A stretch of DNA of 64,000 nt from Marsupella aquatica (taxonomy: Eukaryota; Plantae; Marchantiophyta), in assembly GCA_973895155.1 (NCBI GenBank), contig OZ316891.1, positions 14,043,037 to 14,107,036 of the forward strand, read 5' to 3'. The notes below the pieces were generated by a model. The model did no database searches, was not told where the DNA came from, and saw nothing but the letters and a program-made list of their open reading frames with translations. Positions 1-19,159 of the stretch are shown here, piece by piece (the first letter of the stretch is position 1; every line of letters starts with the position of its first letter). Made by a program: the position numbers and the translations under genes.

Positions 1-200
1 TGTGTCCTCCATGTTGAACGTAATTATTACCTTTCTTGTATATCTTCTCTGTGTCAACCATAGTTTACCATTTTCCAAGTCCCTGGTTGTCTCCATCCCC
101 AAAATCCTCTTAGTCGACCCAAATCTTTCATCTTAAACTCTGCACTCAAAAGTGTTCTAAGCTTAGCAATGTCAGATATATGCTTGCCACAATCATGGTA
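1..200 (-). mobile_element. Ty1/copia LTR retrotransposon reverse transcriptase remnant (runs off window edge)
   Basis: Minus-strand translation gives HISDIAKLRTLLSAEFKMKDLG, then after a frameshift GMETTRDLENGKLWLTQRRYTRKVIITFNME. This matches the copia RT signature 'EFEMKDLG..ILGMEI.RDR..LWLSQ..Y..KVL..F.M'. Confidence 0.8.
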
Positions 201-1697
201 TCCTAACATTAATTGGACCGTGCTTGATGTCTAATTCTAAACTTGGGCTTTCCATTTCTTAAAAGTGGCAAAGATATTATACTATTAATTGCTTTGGAAT
301 CAACCAATCAACTGAAACAATGCCAAGTCTTTTGAGAACAATTTGTTCCAAGCAATGATCTAAATTTAACTTTCAATCAAAGATCAAGAGTCGGAAGATG
401 TCTCACAATATTTTGATTGCACTTTTACAACCAAAGCATTCAATGCCATACATCATACTGGCCGTCATCAATGAAGAAATTAAGCAACACTGAATAATCT
501 GCAATTGGCACACAAACCAAACAACAGTGAGAAAGCTCTATTGAGTTGCTCCACACAATCTTGTACTCTCAAATCCTCTCACTAAATCATGTGAGAACAT
601 AATGTTGTAGCAATGTGTTTCTTGAGTCAAGCTAAGCCCACTGTTAACCGCCAGAGAGTTGACCTTTCGCCAAATCCGATGTCTAACCATCCAACATGTC
701 TTCTTGTCTCATCCATTATTTGTCGTTTATTGATTAATCAATGTACTGCCTTCAACTTCATGTCTGTTTCTTGTTTTGCGTGCTACCCGGCCTTCCCGAC
801 AATGAGGCAATGAGAACTTTTGCAGTTTCTTGAAACAGCAATCCAACCTCTACGGGCCGTTGGATTCTGCCTATCACCTGGATTGAGAGTTCTATCATGG
901 ACTCTCAGCTAAATTCCATTTTAGTTAATCAATCAGGGCATTGTCTGACTCTCACTGGGTGCAACTGGGTGCAGACCATGTCTGTCACGTAGATTGAAGG
1001 CTAAATGTCATCTAGCCCTAAACTGATCATTTTTAAAAGATTATTTCTAAACCCCATGTGGTAGATTTCTCAATATTTGTTTCTTTTTTCTCAATTGCAC
1101 TCTTCCATTTTTCAATCAATTGTTTACATTCCCTTGGTGCATTTTGTAGTCCAAATGGAATGATCTTGAATCTAAATAAATAAGCAAAGGAGGGTTCTTT
1201 CATCTCCACTACTTTGGACCTTACACATTTTACATTACTTTGCAGAATTTTTCTCTCTCCATTCTGCCAAGATTTCTTAATTAGTTGGAATCACAATGTC
1301 AACATGTAACATGCCGCCAATTCTCCTTTAAACGGCTCCAGCCAAATCCATATGAATTGCCCATTATCAAATGTCAACATTTCTAGCCATCTTTTCAAAA
1401 TCAATTCTTTAACTTTATTTCCAATTGCATTCAAGCAACATAAGCTTTGTAATTGAATTATCCCTGCAGTTTTGCAAGTACGCCTCCCCTACATCTTTTA
1501 TTCAATGGTCTCAATCAATTTCTTTTACATGATGTTTCTTCCATGGGCTTCCATCTCTACCTCGAGGTCTAGCAATCTGGCACGACCTCTTCCTGGGCTG
1601 TCTCTCTAGCCTCTCGATCCTGGAAAGTTTGAACAACAAAAGACCTCTACTCACTCCTACCAGATTGACCTATACCCCCCATTCAGGCAGGTTCCTT

Positions 1698-1863
1698 TCC
1701 TGTTTACTAACTTTTTCCTGGAATTCATATCCAGTGATGCCAAACAATTTACGACCAGCTTCCTCCCACACATGGTTAACAACATCATCCTGTTTACTAA
1801 CTTGTTCCTGGACTTTATATCCATTGATGCCAAACAATTGACAACCAGCTTCCTCCCACACAT
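1698..1863 (-). repeat. 90-bp-period tandem duplication inside a short ORF resembling an RPA70 C-terminal OB-fold fragment
   Basis: tcctgtttactaact...cttcctcccacacat occurs at 1698-1773 and 1788-1863. ORF 1670-1891 reads VWEEAGCQLFGINGYKVQEQVSKQ / VWEEAGRKLFGITGYEFQEKVSKQ. Confidence 0.7.
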
Positions 1864-2588
1864 CATTTACTTGCATGAAGAAATTGAACACAAACAGTCC
1901 TAAGCCAACCGGTCAACACAAGTTCTTCTCTGTTCAGCCTACCTTTCCAAGCACGTGACTAGATTTGCCGTCAAAATCTTTTGACATGGCCAGATCTAGC
2001 CACGTCTCAATCTTCTGAGAACTCTCAACCCCTTTACCATTAGATGGGTTTTAAGATGTGCATGTAGAAATTTCCAAAATCAATTGTCTTTTCATGAATG
2101 TTTACACTTTTTTTGCAAACAGTGACTCAACCTTTGATTTCTATTTGAGTATTGGATGATAGTTGTGGCTCCAATATCATTAAAAGCTCCTTCAGATTTG
2201 CTATGTGCTTTCTAACCAGCAACATTGTTCATTTTTGCATTTTGTAGAGAAAATTTCCAAACTCAGCTGCCTTTTCATGAACGTTTCCGAATTTTACAAC
2301 AAATATTGTGTACATTTTTCATTTATTACAAACCTTGACTACTCCATCTCATTTTAAATTCAACGGTGTGAGACTATTTGACTTGTGACCACAATTATTG
2401 TGATACCATAGTAGTGTCACACCACCCTAATTTCACTCACCTCAAATACCTACTCCAATAAATAGTGTGTGACTAAGAGTGCAGTTGTATATTTCTAATC
2501 CAGTTGTATATTCTATTCAAAAATATTTTGCAATTCTTAAAATTAAGTGAAAATTTGCTGCATTGAGTTGTTTACAAATGGGGTGGCG

Positions 2589-2673
2589 CAATTCCCAACA
2601 GCCGCATGCAATCTTGTTTCGGTTGGTTGCATGTGGGGAGGCCCAATTCCCAACAGCTGCATGCAGTTTTGTT
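2589..2673. repeat. Imperfect ~54-bp tandem duplication
   Basis: caattcccaacagccgcatgcaatcttgttt followed by caattcccaacagctgcatgcagttttgtt. Confidence 0.6.
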
Positions 2674-4529
2674 CAAACTAGTCAAGTATCCGTTGATCCT
2701 GTTTCTAGCCAAACGAGGGGTTTGTGTGTTCGTTCTCATATATGTGAAACTTTACCAATAGACTTGAATGCAGCACTCAAAAGAAGTCACGAGGGGTTTT
2801 CTGCTCTAGTGTTTCGTGCTCTAATGTATGTGCAACTTTACCAACAGCTACATGTGTGCCCAACCATAGGTTTTGGAACCTTATGTGTGCCCAAGATACT
2901 TTTACTGTTGGTATGAGGATGTTTATAGCGCTTGTCAGCTAATACCCGATTGATAGAGGTGAGGACCCGCTTCCGTGTCACTGCCCTGGCATGATCTTCA
3001 ACATGTGGAGTGACGTATATCGGCAACTTCAATTATAAACCAGACAGGTACATTCCAAATCGAAAACATCTCGAGCCACCAGCACTAGCCACTCCTTAGT
3101 CGAATTGAAACAGTGCATGACCAATCTATAAAACCACTAGTTATAGTCATTGCTTCGTCAAATTGAAATGGTTAGTGACGAATGAAAAAATTGGCAGGTC
3201 CGCAATACAATGTGTCCACGTTGCACACCTACTCAAACTGGAAATTTTCATCTCACATCTCTTCATCAACTGCTATTATGCATTTGCACGATCTTAATAT
3301 TCTCTGAGTTTTATAATTCAAATGACGGTGTATTATCCCTCTACCCAAACGGAAGACAAGCCGACTCCCAAATAGACTCAGTTTCTTACAATCGCTTTGC
3401 CTCCTATTTCATTCAAGAGGATATGGGCAGCGAGCAACAGGACCACACCATATCTAATCCGGTGATTTTGGGTTCACTAACACGATCAGTATCAAACTAT
3501 GCACTTGCCCTCTCTTCTGAGAGGAAATCGATTTGGGAGCAGAACATTTGCAGTGACAGAGGAAGCATGACATGAGACCTTCTACAATAGGGGGAATGCT
3601 TTTCAGACACATACACCCACCTGCGACTGCACAACGAAGAGAACTCCGTGCAGACTATAATCTCCATAGAAGTGACACAATCACCTGCCTGCCCCCAGAA
3701 CCGGACATCATTTGCGTCCTAGACTTTTGCAGTACCAATACTTCCAAGGTCTAGTATGCAGGTGTGATCCACACACAGTACACGCGGATGCAAAATTGTG
3801 ACGGCCTTTGGATCATCAACACCGAAATGGAATCACACCACGAGGTCATGGACATCTATGGACTTCTACACTATGTGAATAGACACCTTAATAATCGTTA
3901 CAAGCCAAATCCAAACAAAGGAGTCCCTGCATGACGAACTGGAAATACTGGCTTGCTGGTACATCAATAGCAACACGATTGGCCGTGGTTGACACCAAAC
4001 CAAAACCTGTATACAACACGGATAATCTCAAAGACAGATCTGTTGCCACTACAGTCGAGGGCATCCTATTGGTGGACTCATAAAAGCCGCTGCTGCTCTG
4101 CAGTACCCTGAAAAAATAGCTACTGCAGTAACGGCACCTAAATTAGTTGGGTTTCCCAGCAGCTCTAGAACCTTCACGAAAGAATACAACTTCTGCCGCA
4201 AGTTAAGTTAATTCTTACTCCTGCACAAATGCTTGCGTACTCTCAAGATGGACACAGCAGATAACTGGGGACATAAATTATGCACATCTACACTCTCCAC
4301 CCGAACACGACTCGATCCACCAGTCATTTCGACCAGCTGTGTTGCATACAGCCTTCCTGGGAACACGATGATTGGAAGCTGCAGCTCACCATCAACTGTG
4401 TAGCTGATGATATACAAGCATTTTGAAAAAGATCTGAGCATGTGCCACAGCAGATAATGTAACAGTTATAATACTTTGCCTAAAACAATTCCATCACCAT
4501 CCATCTTCAAGAGAAAATCAGTTAGGCAT

Positions 4530-10785
<6,256 letters not shown>

Positions 10786-10789
10786 CCCG

Positions 10790-10944
10790 TTAGAGGGCCA
10801 GCCCGCCAAGCCGGCGAGCCTTCAATACAGGGGTAGGGTACACAGATTGTCTCTCCTCCTCGTCTTGTAAAGAAGAACTAGCAGAAGCACGCTCGCTCAT
10901 CCTGCCTCACACGTGCTACTCGCGCCGCTCAGCTCCTCCGCCAT
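10790..10944 (-). promoter_or_regulatory. Two candidate upstream ORFs in the presumed BSK 5' leader
   Basis: uORF1 10944-10897 (MAEELSGASSTCEAG*) overlaps uORF2 10900-10790 (36 aa) through ATGA. The uORF2 stop lies 4 nt before the BSK ATG. The TSS is unknown. Confidence 0.45.
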
Positions 10945-11949
10945 ATCTCACCGCGTCCTTAACCTAGTACCCCTCAGAAGTCGCCCGTTCTCGACCTCCA
11001 CAACCTTTTCTGCTACGGTATCGTCTTCCTGCTCTGCTATCCAAAAACACTTTCGTCGTCCTAACCACGATGACCAAGCTTCGTCCACCAAAGCTTTCTC
11101 CTCCTTCCCGTACCGACGCAAGTCAATAGAGCCACGCGAATATACGAGCAAATCTTTCAACAAACCAGACACTCTCACTACTCCCACCTCTTCACTCTCG
11201 TGTAAAATCTCTTCGAACCTTTCGTCACTTGTCTTCTTCGTTCTGCCTACAGTCCCTCCGTGAGCGTACGTGCGTGCGTCTATTTCAGTCGTTCAGTCCC
11301 ACGGAGCACAGCCTACAGTAGCTAGGCCGTAAGCGAACGAGCTGGCATGGCATACAAAGCGAAGGCGAAGTGAAGCACAGTGGGGAACGGCAACCACATG
11401 TGCGTTTCGTTGCGCTGGTCTGCGCTGCGTTGCGTTGCGTCGCGTTGCGTCGCCCACGACACGAGTCGCGGATAGTCCAAACTCGTTACTATACACTCGA
11501 GTCCTCCTCCTGTTCAAAACACAGTGCCCACGCCCTACACGACTCTTCGTCCTCTCTCCTTCCCTCCCCTACTCCTCCTCCTCCTCCCACTCCTTGGAGC
11601 CCCGCAAAACCGACCTCTGTTTTGTCCAGTCCACTTCAGTCTCGTCCAGCCGAGTTCACTCCCGTCTACTCCTATATTTCTCCAATCCAGCACCTGCGCC
11701 TGCTTCTCGCAAGGGATCGAATCGAATCGAGTAGAGAGCAGCCTCTTCACGCTCACTGCTTCTGGCGTTTTCGCGATCCCGCCGTTTGCGGAGGGAGGGA
11801 GGGAGGGAGGGAGGAGCCTGCAGCGTACAGAGTACAGAATCGTTACCCGTCGGTGTTGCGCAGCTTCGAGATACCAATAATAGTAACAACAACACAGCGA
11901 GCGAGCAATCTTCCCAGGCACCTACTGTAGTAGCTACCGAACGAGCTAC

Positions 11950-12131
11950 GCCACATTACAGAGCTCGACATTTATTGGATCGCGCGACGGAAGGAAAACG
12001 CCAGGAGGAACCCAAATATAGTGACGACGAGAGCGAGCAATCTTTCCAGACGCGAGTTACGCCCCATTACACAGCTCGACATTCATTTATCGGATCGCGC
12101 GACGTAAAGAAAAACGCCAGGAGGAACCCAA
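11950..12131. repeat. Imperfect ~110-bp tandem duplication in the CpG-rich region upstream of BSK
   Basis: cattacagagctcgacatttattggatcgcgcgacg...aaaacgccaggaggaaccca at ~11954-12014 and again at ~12065-12130. Confidence 0.8.
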
Positions 12132-13709
12132 CCCTCGCTCACAACAGCCTAGTCCAGAGTCCGCTGTTTCTTCCACACGCACGACTCCTGCCTATGACGG
12201 CGCTACTCTCCCTCTCTCGGATCTCTCCCCCAATCGCCCTCTTTCCCTCAATCCCTCCCTTGCGGCACCCCTCCCTCCTCGACGGTGAGCTGCAGTACAG
12301 GCTACCCTCTACAGTTAACTTTCTCTAAGTGCACGCTCTCGGGAAAACAGATCCAGCATGCACTAAACCAGGAGTTGCATCCCTTCATAAGCGCACCACC
12401 CTTTAAAGTGTACTTGTCTATAAGTGAACATGATTTACATCCTTTGTTAAATGTGCAATGGGCCCCTCAGTTGGTGAGCAGCCTAGTACCTAGTAATCCC
12501 TGCCCTAACTTCTGTGCCCAGACTCCCTAAGTGAGTATTTTAACTCTACTACTACTGGGCATGCATTTATAATTAAATAAATGCAATCGTATGGATTGTG
12601 CGTTTACCAGTAAGTGCAAAATAGATGCCTATAGAGGGTAATGGCTTACTGTAGTGTCTAAGAGCCGTAGGAATGCACTTATGGACACTGCACTTACGGT
12701 ATGCGTAGAGATTGTACAGTACAGGTGCTCAGTGTAGAGAGCAGTACCGTATTCTTCCTTCCTGTCAAACTCTGCAGCTGGTGCTACAGTCGGCTCCCGT
12801 CCCGTTCAGACCTGCGGCTCTCCCGTCTACGTTCTATGAGTGTCCAAATTTGGATATTGCCGGCATTTTCCTGGACGCAACTCTGGTTCCGTGATGGCAC
12901 TGATGGATACATTCTACTTTACGGCATAATACCGGTTCCAGATTCGTCGACGAGCATTGCGAGAAAAAGATACAGGAATGTTTCCTTCCGAGTTCCAAAC
13001 CAAGCTCCCTCGGATCCCGTCCTTCTTTCTCCACGACAAAGATCATCCGATCCTCCGAAGAAGACAGAAACACGGAGGCATGTCCCGTCGAACCTGAGGA
13101 CAGAGCAAACGACCAGATCCGAGGTAAGCGGGTACGGTAGTACCGTCGCAGCAACTTCATACCTACAACAGGTCGCTTCTCGCGATCTGTCCCAAGCCCC
13201 AACACTTCTGTGCATGGGATGGCCCTCATCACGAGGCCCCTCAGCAGCGAGTGAAGGGTGTCTAGGGTGCATGTAGACAGCCCTCAAAATTTAGGTCCTT
13301 ATTATTAGCACTCCCTAAAGTACCGGGAAAAACCAGATTGCAATATATTATTGGCCCACAATGTCCGGTGGCCCTACCGTAGTACATGTCAAATCGCCAA
13401 GCCTTTTAATCCCCCTCCTTCGTCATTTTCAACTACAGATTTTACAGATGCACTTGGTTTTATTGACATTTCAGTGGTGGGGTCCTCAAGGCCAGGAAGG
13501 TTTCCAGCTTTTGCCCTTGAAGCTCCACAATAAGTCCTTCAGGCATGAAATTCTCAATAAAACATACATGACCTCAATTAAGTTGAGGGTTGCAGAAGAA
13601 AAGGTTGCCTAAATGCAAGGCAGCCCTAAGAGTCACTTTACAAGAGCTTTCACACCCAAGTGGCCTTCTCTCATTTTGCAAGTGAACTTTGGCCCAAGAC
13701 CATAAATCT

Positions 13710-13757
13710 GTAGCTATGGAACCTATGCGCTAACCAACTGGGCCACCACCCCTTGTT
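13710..13757 (-). pseudogene. 5'-half fragment of pre-tRNA-Met(CAU, elongator) inserted with a 14-bp target-site duplication
   Basis: Minus strand reads aacaa-GGGGTGGTGGCCCAGTTGGTTAGCGCATAGGTTCCATA-gctac, similar to the plant elongator tRNA-Met 5' exon (GGGGTGGTGGCGCAGTTGGCTAGCGCGTAGGTCTCATA) plus the intron start GCTA. Flanked by the direct repeat aagaccataaatct at 13696-13709 and 13758-13771. Confidence 0.82.
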
Positions 13758-15261
13758 AAGACCATAAATCTACAGTGGAGATTGAAAGATGCCAGGAGGT
13801 TCCAATTCTCATAATCCCCAGCCAGCCTTGTCCACTCTCAACATTTGAAAATCTTTTATGAAAAAAGGCTGTTGGGGTTTACACCTGCTAAACATTGGCC
13901 TGATTGGGGACTATGGCCAAAACCCCCTTGGGCCATAGGTAACCCAACACTTTTATTGCTCCTAGATTAAATCTGGACCGTATAATGACTGGAGGAGGTT
14001 GCATTTGGCTTTACAAGAAATTGGGCCCCATTTAGATATGCTGTCTACGAAGAACATTGCAAGCAGTCTGCCCAAGTAAATGTTGATGAGGAGTGCTTAT
14101 TTTGTCTAGAATTTTAGACCACCATCAGAGTTGGTCCAAACATTCCCAAAGTTTGGTTCTTCAATCAAAGGATTTGCATTTATGAGGTTCATTTAAAAAA
14201 GAATTCTTTTTGTTTGGGGTCTATCTTTGGAGCAATAAGTGGCACTCTAGTTTGCATTGGTGAGGAAAAGTCACAAGTGTCCCCAACATTTTGTAAAGCC
14301 ACCTGAGGCTAGCTAACAAGAAGACGAGTGAATATTTTTCTTTCCCTCCTCCTTGACTAACATTTGAAGTTCTCCTTAGTCCTTGCTCAAGCTAGACTCT
14401 ATACCATCCCAACTTGGCTGTATTCTCAAACATCTGGTCATCTTTTTCTGAACTACCCTATAATGGGATACAGGTCCAGTTTGAGATCTGAGAAAACTAC
14501 TTTCCTTTCCTTCAGTCAATGATGATCCCCACTGCACCACCACTAGCATGTCCCTAGGAATTTTCAAGGAGCTGGTTGTGATAGGTAAAAAAACATTTCA
14601 AGAGCAAGAAAAAGATAGATTGAGCAGCATCCCCTCCCCCCTTTATGCTCTTTCTACCCTTCCCTGGCTAACCAACTCTAGATACTGAACCCTGGCATAG
14701 TGCTTCAGGATTTTGGGTTTCCATTACTTGACTTTCTTTGTAGGTCAATCAGAACCAAGTGAATTTCATATTCATTAAGCATCTCCCTCATTTTCATTGA
14801 AAACAAAACCCAATTTCAAGCCTCATGAACCATTGTTGCCCAGCTCATACACATGCCCTTCCCGCCCCACCTACAGTAGTTGCCTTTCTACTAACATTTT
14901 TTAGGTGACACTAAGGGTCTTTGTGTGCTCCACGGTGCAAGAGGGTTGTGTTAGAAGGAAATGTGTGCTTCGGGCATGGATTCTAACTTGAGACATGTGC
15001 CTTCCCAACAATAGGATCTCCCACTGAGTTGTGTTACACTGGCATACAACATGTTTCACCTGACAGACTGAAGCCGATATCCAAGTCAGATAAGATCCAG
15101 GCAATAAGCAATGGCTGGCTAATTACATTAATGAACATTGAGAGTCTACATCAAACAATTCTGAAAACCCTTATTAAACATAATATTGGTCTATCACAGA
15201 ACTGAACTTACATTGCCCAAAGTATATTGTCATGTGTGTAGAGTTTACAAACACATTCGGT

Positions 15262-15325
15262 GCCAATGCTAGTCCAGATTGACAAAACCATGGGCCAATG
15301 CTAGTCCAGATTGACAAAACCATGG
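15262..15325. repeat. 32-bp perfect tandem duplication
   Basis: gccaatgctagtccagattgacaaaaccatgg x2. Confidence 0.85.
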
Positions 15326-18300
15326 ATGCCCATATTATACATCATGCAAAATGTATTCAAAGCCCACATTTAGAAAAGGGTTATTGCTCTTGGCAAAATG
15401 GACAAAACCATATCATAGTTAGCAGAATGCACTATCCATGAGTGTGTTCAGTTCACGGCATGGTATTTGTGTGTCCATTTTGATTTTACACCCCTAGATG
15501 AGGTTTGGCAGGAACTCCTATCACACCTCTAGCTATTTGTAAACATTGTGGTCATTGTATACAAATTTTAATTATGACGTGCCCTTTGTTACTGGCACAG
15601 CCCAGCCAATGGCTGTTTTGACACTGCACTCATAGTCACACAGTGGACACCCAACAACGGTAAATGATCCTGAGTTTTACACTGGAGTTCTTGTGATATA
15701 AGGACTTAACATAGAGTCTGAGAACTTATGACATGAAATGGTACCATAGGTGGTCCCGGACCCATGCTATGTTGGTCTATCAAGAGGGAGAGTCTTTTGA
15801 GGAGATCCGTTGAGAGTATATTTCTCACTATTTTGTTTTGGACACACTAAAGTTCCCAGAAAATCAAAACTACATAACCTGAGGACGTCCTAGAATTGGT
15901 AACAATGTGACACAGATATCATGAAGCGATTTTGCACACGACACCCAAGGTTCCAGAAAACCGAGAGTACATATCCCGAGGACGTAGCAGGATTTAATTA
16001 ATTAACAGTGTACCACATATTGTTGGTTACCAAGAAATCTATGATGATCCGATGATGTAATGTAATGTGGAACTTTGTACTTTGCCTTGTCAATGTTGGG
16101 GCGCGGTACTGTAATGTGGTTTACGTTGTGTGGGAATTGATTATTTTAATTGGGAGCGTTGAACAGTATGCTGAGGCGCTCTTTATGTCATTGGTGGTGA
16201 TGATAACGTACCTACGCTTAATTAAACTTCTCTCCAGGGTGTGTTTGTGAGGGGCTCACACTAGGTTGGGTTCTATCAAGTTCTATGATTGCAGAGGTCC
16301 ATTCCGTCAGTAGACCAGAAAAGCAAGATTGAGAAAAAGAAATGTGTTATACAGGCCTACAACAAAATACTATTCAACAATGAGCATTGTTGTTTCCTTT
16401 GGTTCGGTCAAGAAGGTGAAAGATGATTGATGGCTTTGATTGCAGTGGAGGAGTTCCAAAGCACTGTAGCTTTGACATAGATTTCATTGTTGCCTGGACC
16501 TGCACTCAGGTCGGCGAGCATTTTTTAACCAATGTCCTGGTTTCATGGAGCACGTCTCCATAGTCAAACAGGGCCGCTATCCTGTTTGGCAGCGTCCGGA
16601 CGGCATAGCCTTGTATGTGGGAGGATAGCTGTCTTGACAAGTTAGTTGGCATTTCGCATGATGGTGGTTCTCAGCCGGTGCAGAACTGGGGGCAGATTTT
16701 GTTAGTTGTACAATTTCTTTAGAAGACACACCCAACTCATCTGTAGCAGACTGGACGGAGTGAGGATTAAAGAAAGGCTTTTAGAAAGGTCGAGGTGGAC
16801 TCGAAGAACGCCCGTGTGGTCATGGGCAGGGTCATGGGTGACCAATGTGAAGTGCCAGTGACAACTGTTGTGAATTATTTTGTATGTTCTCAGTTTGATC
16901 TGCGCTTCTCTGTGACAGGAACCCAAGCGGTTCTTTGGGTGTTTCCATTTGAGCACGTACGTCTCAGCGAGACGCATTCCACGGAGTTCGTGCATACCTT
17001 CCTCACTGTCGTGAATGTCGGTCCTATTCTTGGTGCTGTTCTCGGAGATGGCTATTTGGTAAGGAGTCCTTCTATATAGTACTCAGGTACTGGCTTTGTA
17101 GAGCAGCCACCTTAGGAAGAGGTCTTGACGTGAATTGCTCTTAAAGTGGACGCTGCCCAAATTTGCAGAAATTGCGTAAAATTCTCCAACAGTTCGTTCT
17201 CTCTCTACCTCCCTGCACCCGCTGCTCTGTATTCTTGCATTTGTGGGACTTTATGAGCTCAGAAATCATTCTTTCCCTTTGTCTGGACATGGTAATGTTT
17301 CATCTAGGGCCAAGTTGCTCCCGTTAGCGCCTCAAAATGTAGCCTTTTGGCTCTTAGCTCCGGACTATTTGTTTGGCACTATGGGTTCCTTGTGCACCTT
17401 ACATCCTATGTACTCCTTCTCGTTTCCTTAGCCAGCCTTGAAGCTCAAACGGGGTTACGAGTGAACATTTATAGTGTACTCAGTCTGGACGACCGACCGA
17501 CAAAAGTTTAAACAAGACTTCATCGAGATGAAGCTGAGTATACTGGGTCAACCAAAGTTGAAAAATCAGGGCACTGGCTACCCAACTTATTGAAGACCAT
17601 TGATTTTCATCTGCATCCATGCATCCTTAGTCCATTCTTTTGATCAACTAGATGTGGTTGACAGAAGAGAGAACAGGTCCTCTGATTTTTTGGGACCTGT
17701 CCCTCGCTCATAAAGACGACCACTCCCCCAGCAAATTGTAGCAGTACACAGATCAGCCAATTGCAAAGATTTAAATGTCGTCAATGCAGCCTCCTAATCA
17801 TGAGCTAACATGGTACTTCTTTGTACCCCGTTCCCATTTTTAAACAACCCTGTGAAGGACCAATAGTCATAATATCACTCCCTAGGCCATTTCCTTGGCT
17901 TGACTACTAATTTTAGCTACAATCTCTTTGGACAGCCAAGTTTTTTTGTCCCGTGGCTCAATCTGGACACCTAGACGTCCATTCATGTTCTGGAAGCTGT
18001 TCCTGCAGAGTTGGCTCCGAGCGACCACAAAATCTGTCGGTCGAATTACTTTCTGAAGATAGTGTACTCGTCTTGATAGCAGGGTAAGTACCAGGCTTTG
18101 CTCTGTTGCGTATTAATTCAGCTTGCTGGCATGGTAACATTGGTCTTAAGGACTGTGCCTCATGCGGAGACACGAAGGATAATCATAATGGCCTTTGCTT
18201 CAGCGCTTGGGCTTGTGTTCATTGCCCTAGGCGTTGGTGGAGGAAAACCCTTAGTACCAGCTTTTGGAGGTCAGATCGAGGTATTGATATTGGCAGAGAG

Positions 18301-19058
18301 ACATATTGAGACGCGGGTTTGGACTCTGGATCATTTTTAGGTGCAGTAGCTATTCCTCCACTTCGAACATACGGCTCTTACGGCTTCATTTTCTCCGTGC
18401 GAAGTGCCGTTCTAGGGGTATATTCTGGTCTATTGCATTTGGAAGACGTAATTACTCTCATCGCCCAGTGAAAGAAATTGTTTTAGTGAAGGTTGGCGCT
18501 ATAATTATTGATGCATTGAAGGTTTGGGCAAACAGAAGAGCACGAATGTGGAGAGCAAGAGAGCTTCAATTATCAGAAGTTGGAGAGGAATAGTCTATCT
18601 CACCAGAAAGTGACGTTGTGCACAATGATCGACAGGACATCGCTACAGTTGACTCCATATATTGTTGGCTAGACGGCGCCAAGCTGAAACAGGATGCTAC
18701 TGGAGTTGATGATGTCAAGCTCCTGCTTTCGAGTGTTGATCGTATTTACCTCTATGCCTGTATTGTGCTCTTTTTGAGCAGCTGTACACCAAGTAGGTGC
18801 TCCAAGCCCGTTCGATGAATCAAGGAGTGTCCAGGCTTGGTAATGTGGTTTTGCAACCAAAACAAATTCATGTTTAAAGTCTTCTTTTTGGTTAGCCGGA
18901 GTTCAGCCATCTGTCTGGAATGATTGAAAGCAGTTACTCAGTGCTAGCATCTCTGGGGCATCTGTCGATCCTTGCCGTGGTCGTAGTATTCTTGACGATT
19001 TGAGTAAGTTTTTCCCTGGATAGGTGACGCGAGGATCAGGATTCAGAAAACATAGGCA

Positions 19059-19118
19059 TGGATTGAAATTTGCCTGGGTCTTCAGCTAAGGATGTCGCAA
19101 AGCAGCTGAAGGAAAAAC
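19059..19118 (+). repeat. Displaced duplicate of the Sec61-alpha [18 protein letters not shown] segment
   Basis: tggattgaaatttgcctgggtcttcagctaaggatgtcgcaaagcagctgaaggaaaaac matches 19261-19318. Confidence 0.85.
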
Positions 19119-19159
19119 TTGTCCCGTCTTCTGTTGGCGCTGAACCACTGTGTCTGTTG

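Noticed and set aside
11293-13287. Many overlapping 100-190 aa ORFs upstream of BSK
   Set aside because: These are low-complexity products of GC-rich, microsatellite-containing sequence on both strands, with no recognisable domain.
17658-17678. ttgacagaagagagaacag resembles the 5' part of miR156/157
   Set aside because: The 3' end diverges from GTGAGCAC/GAGCAC, and there is no complementary star arm nearby to form a hairpin.
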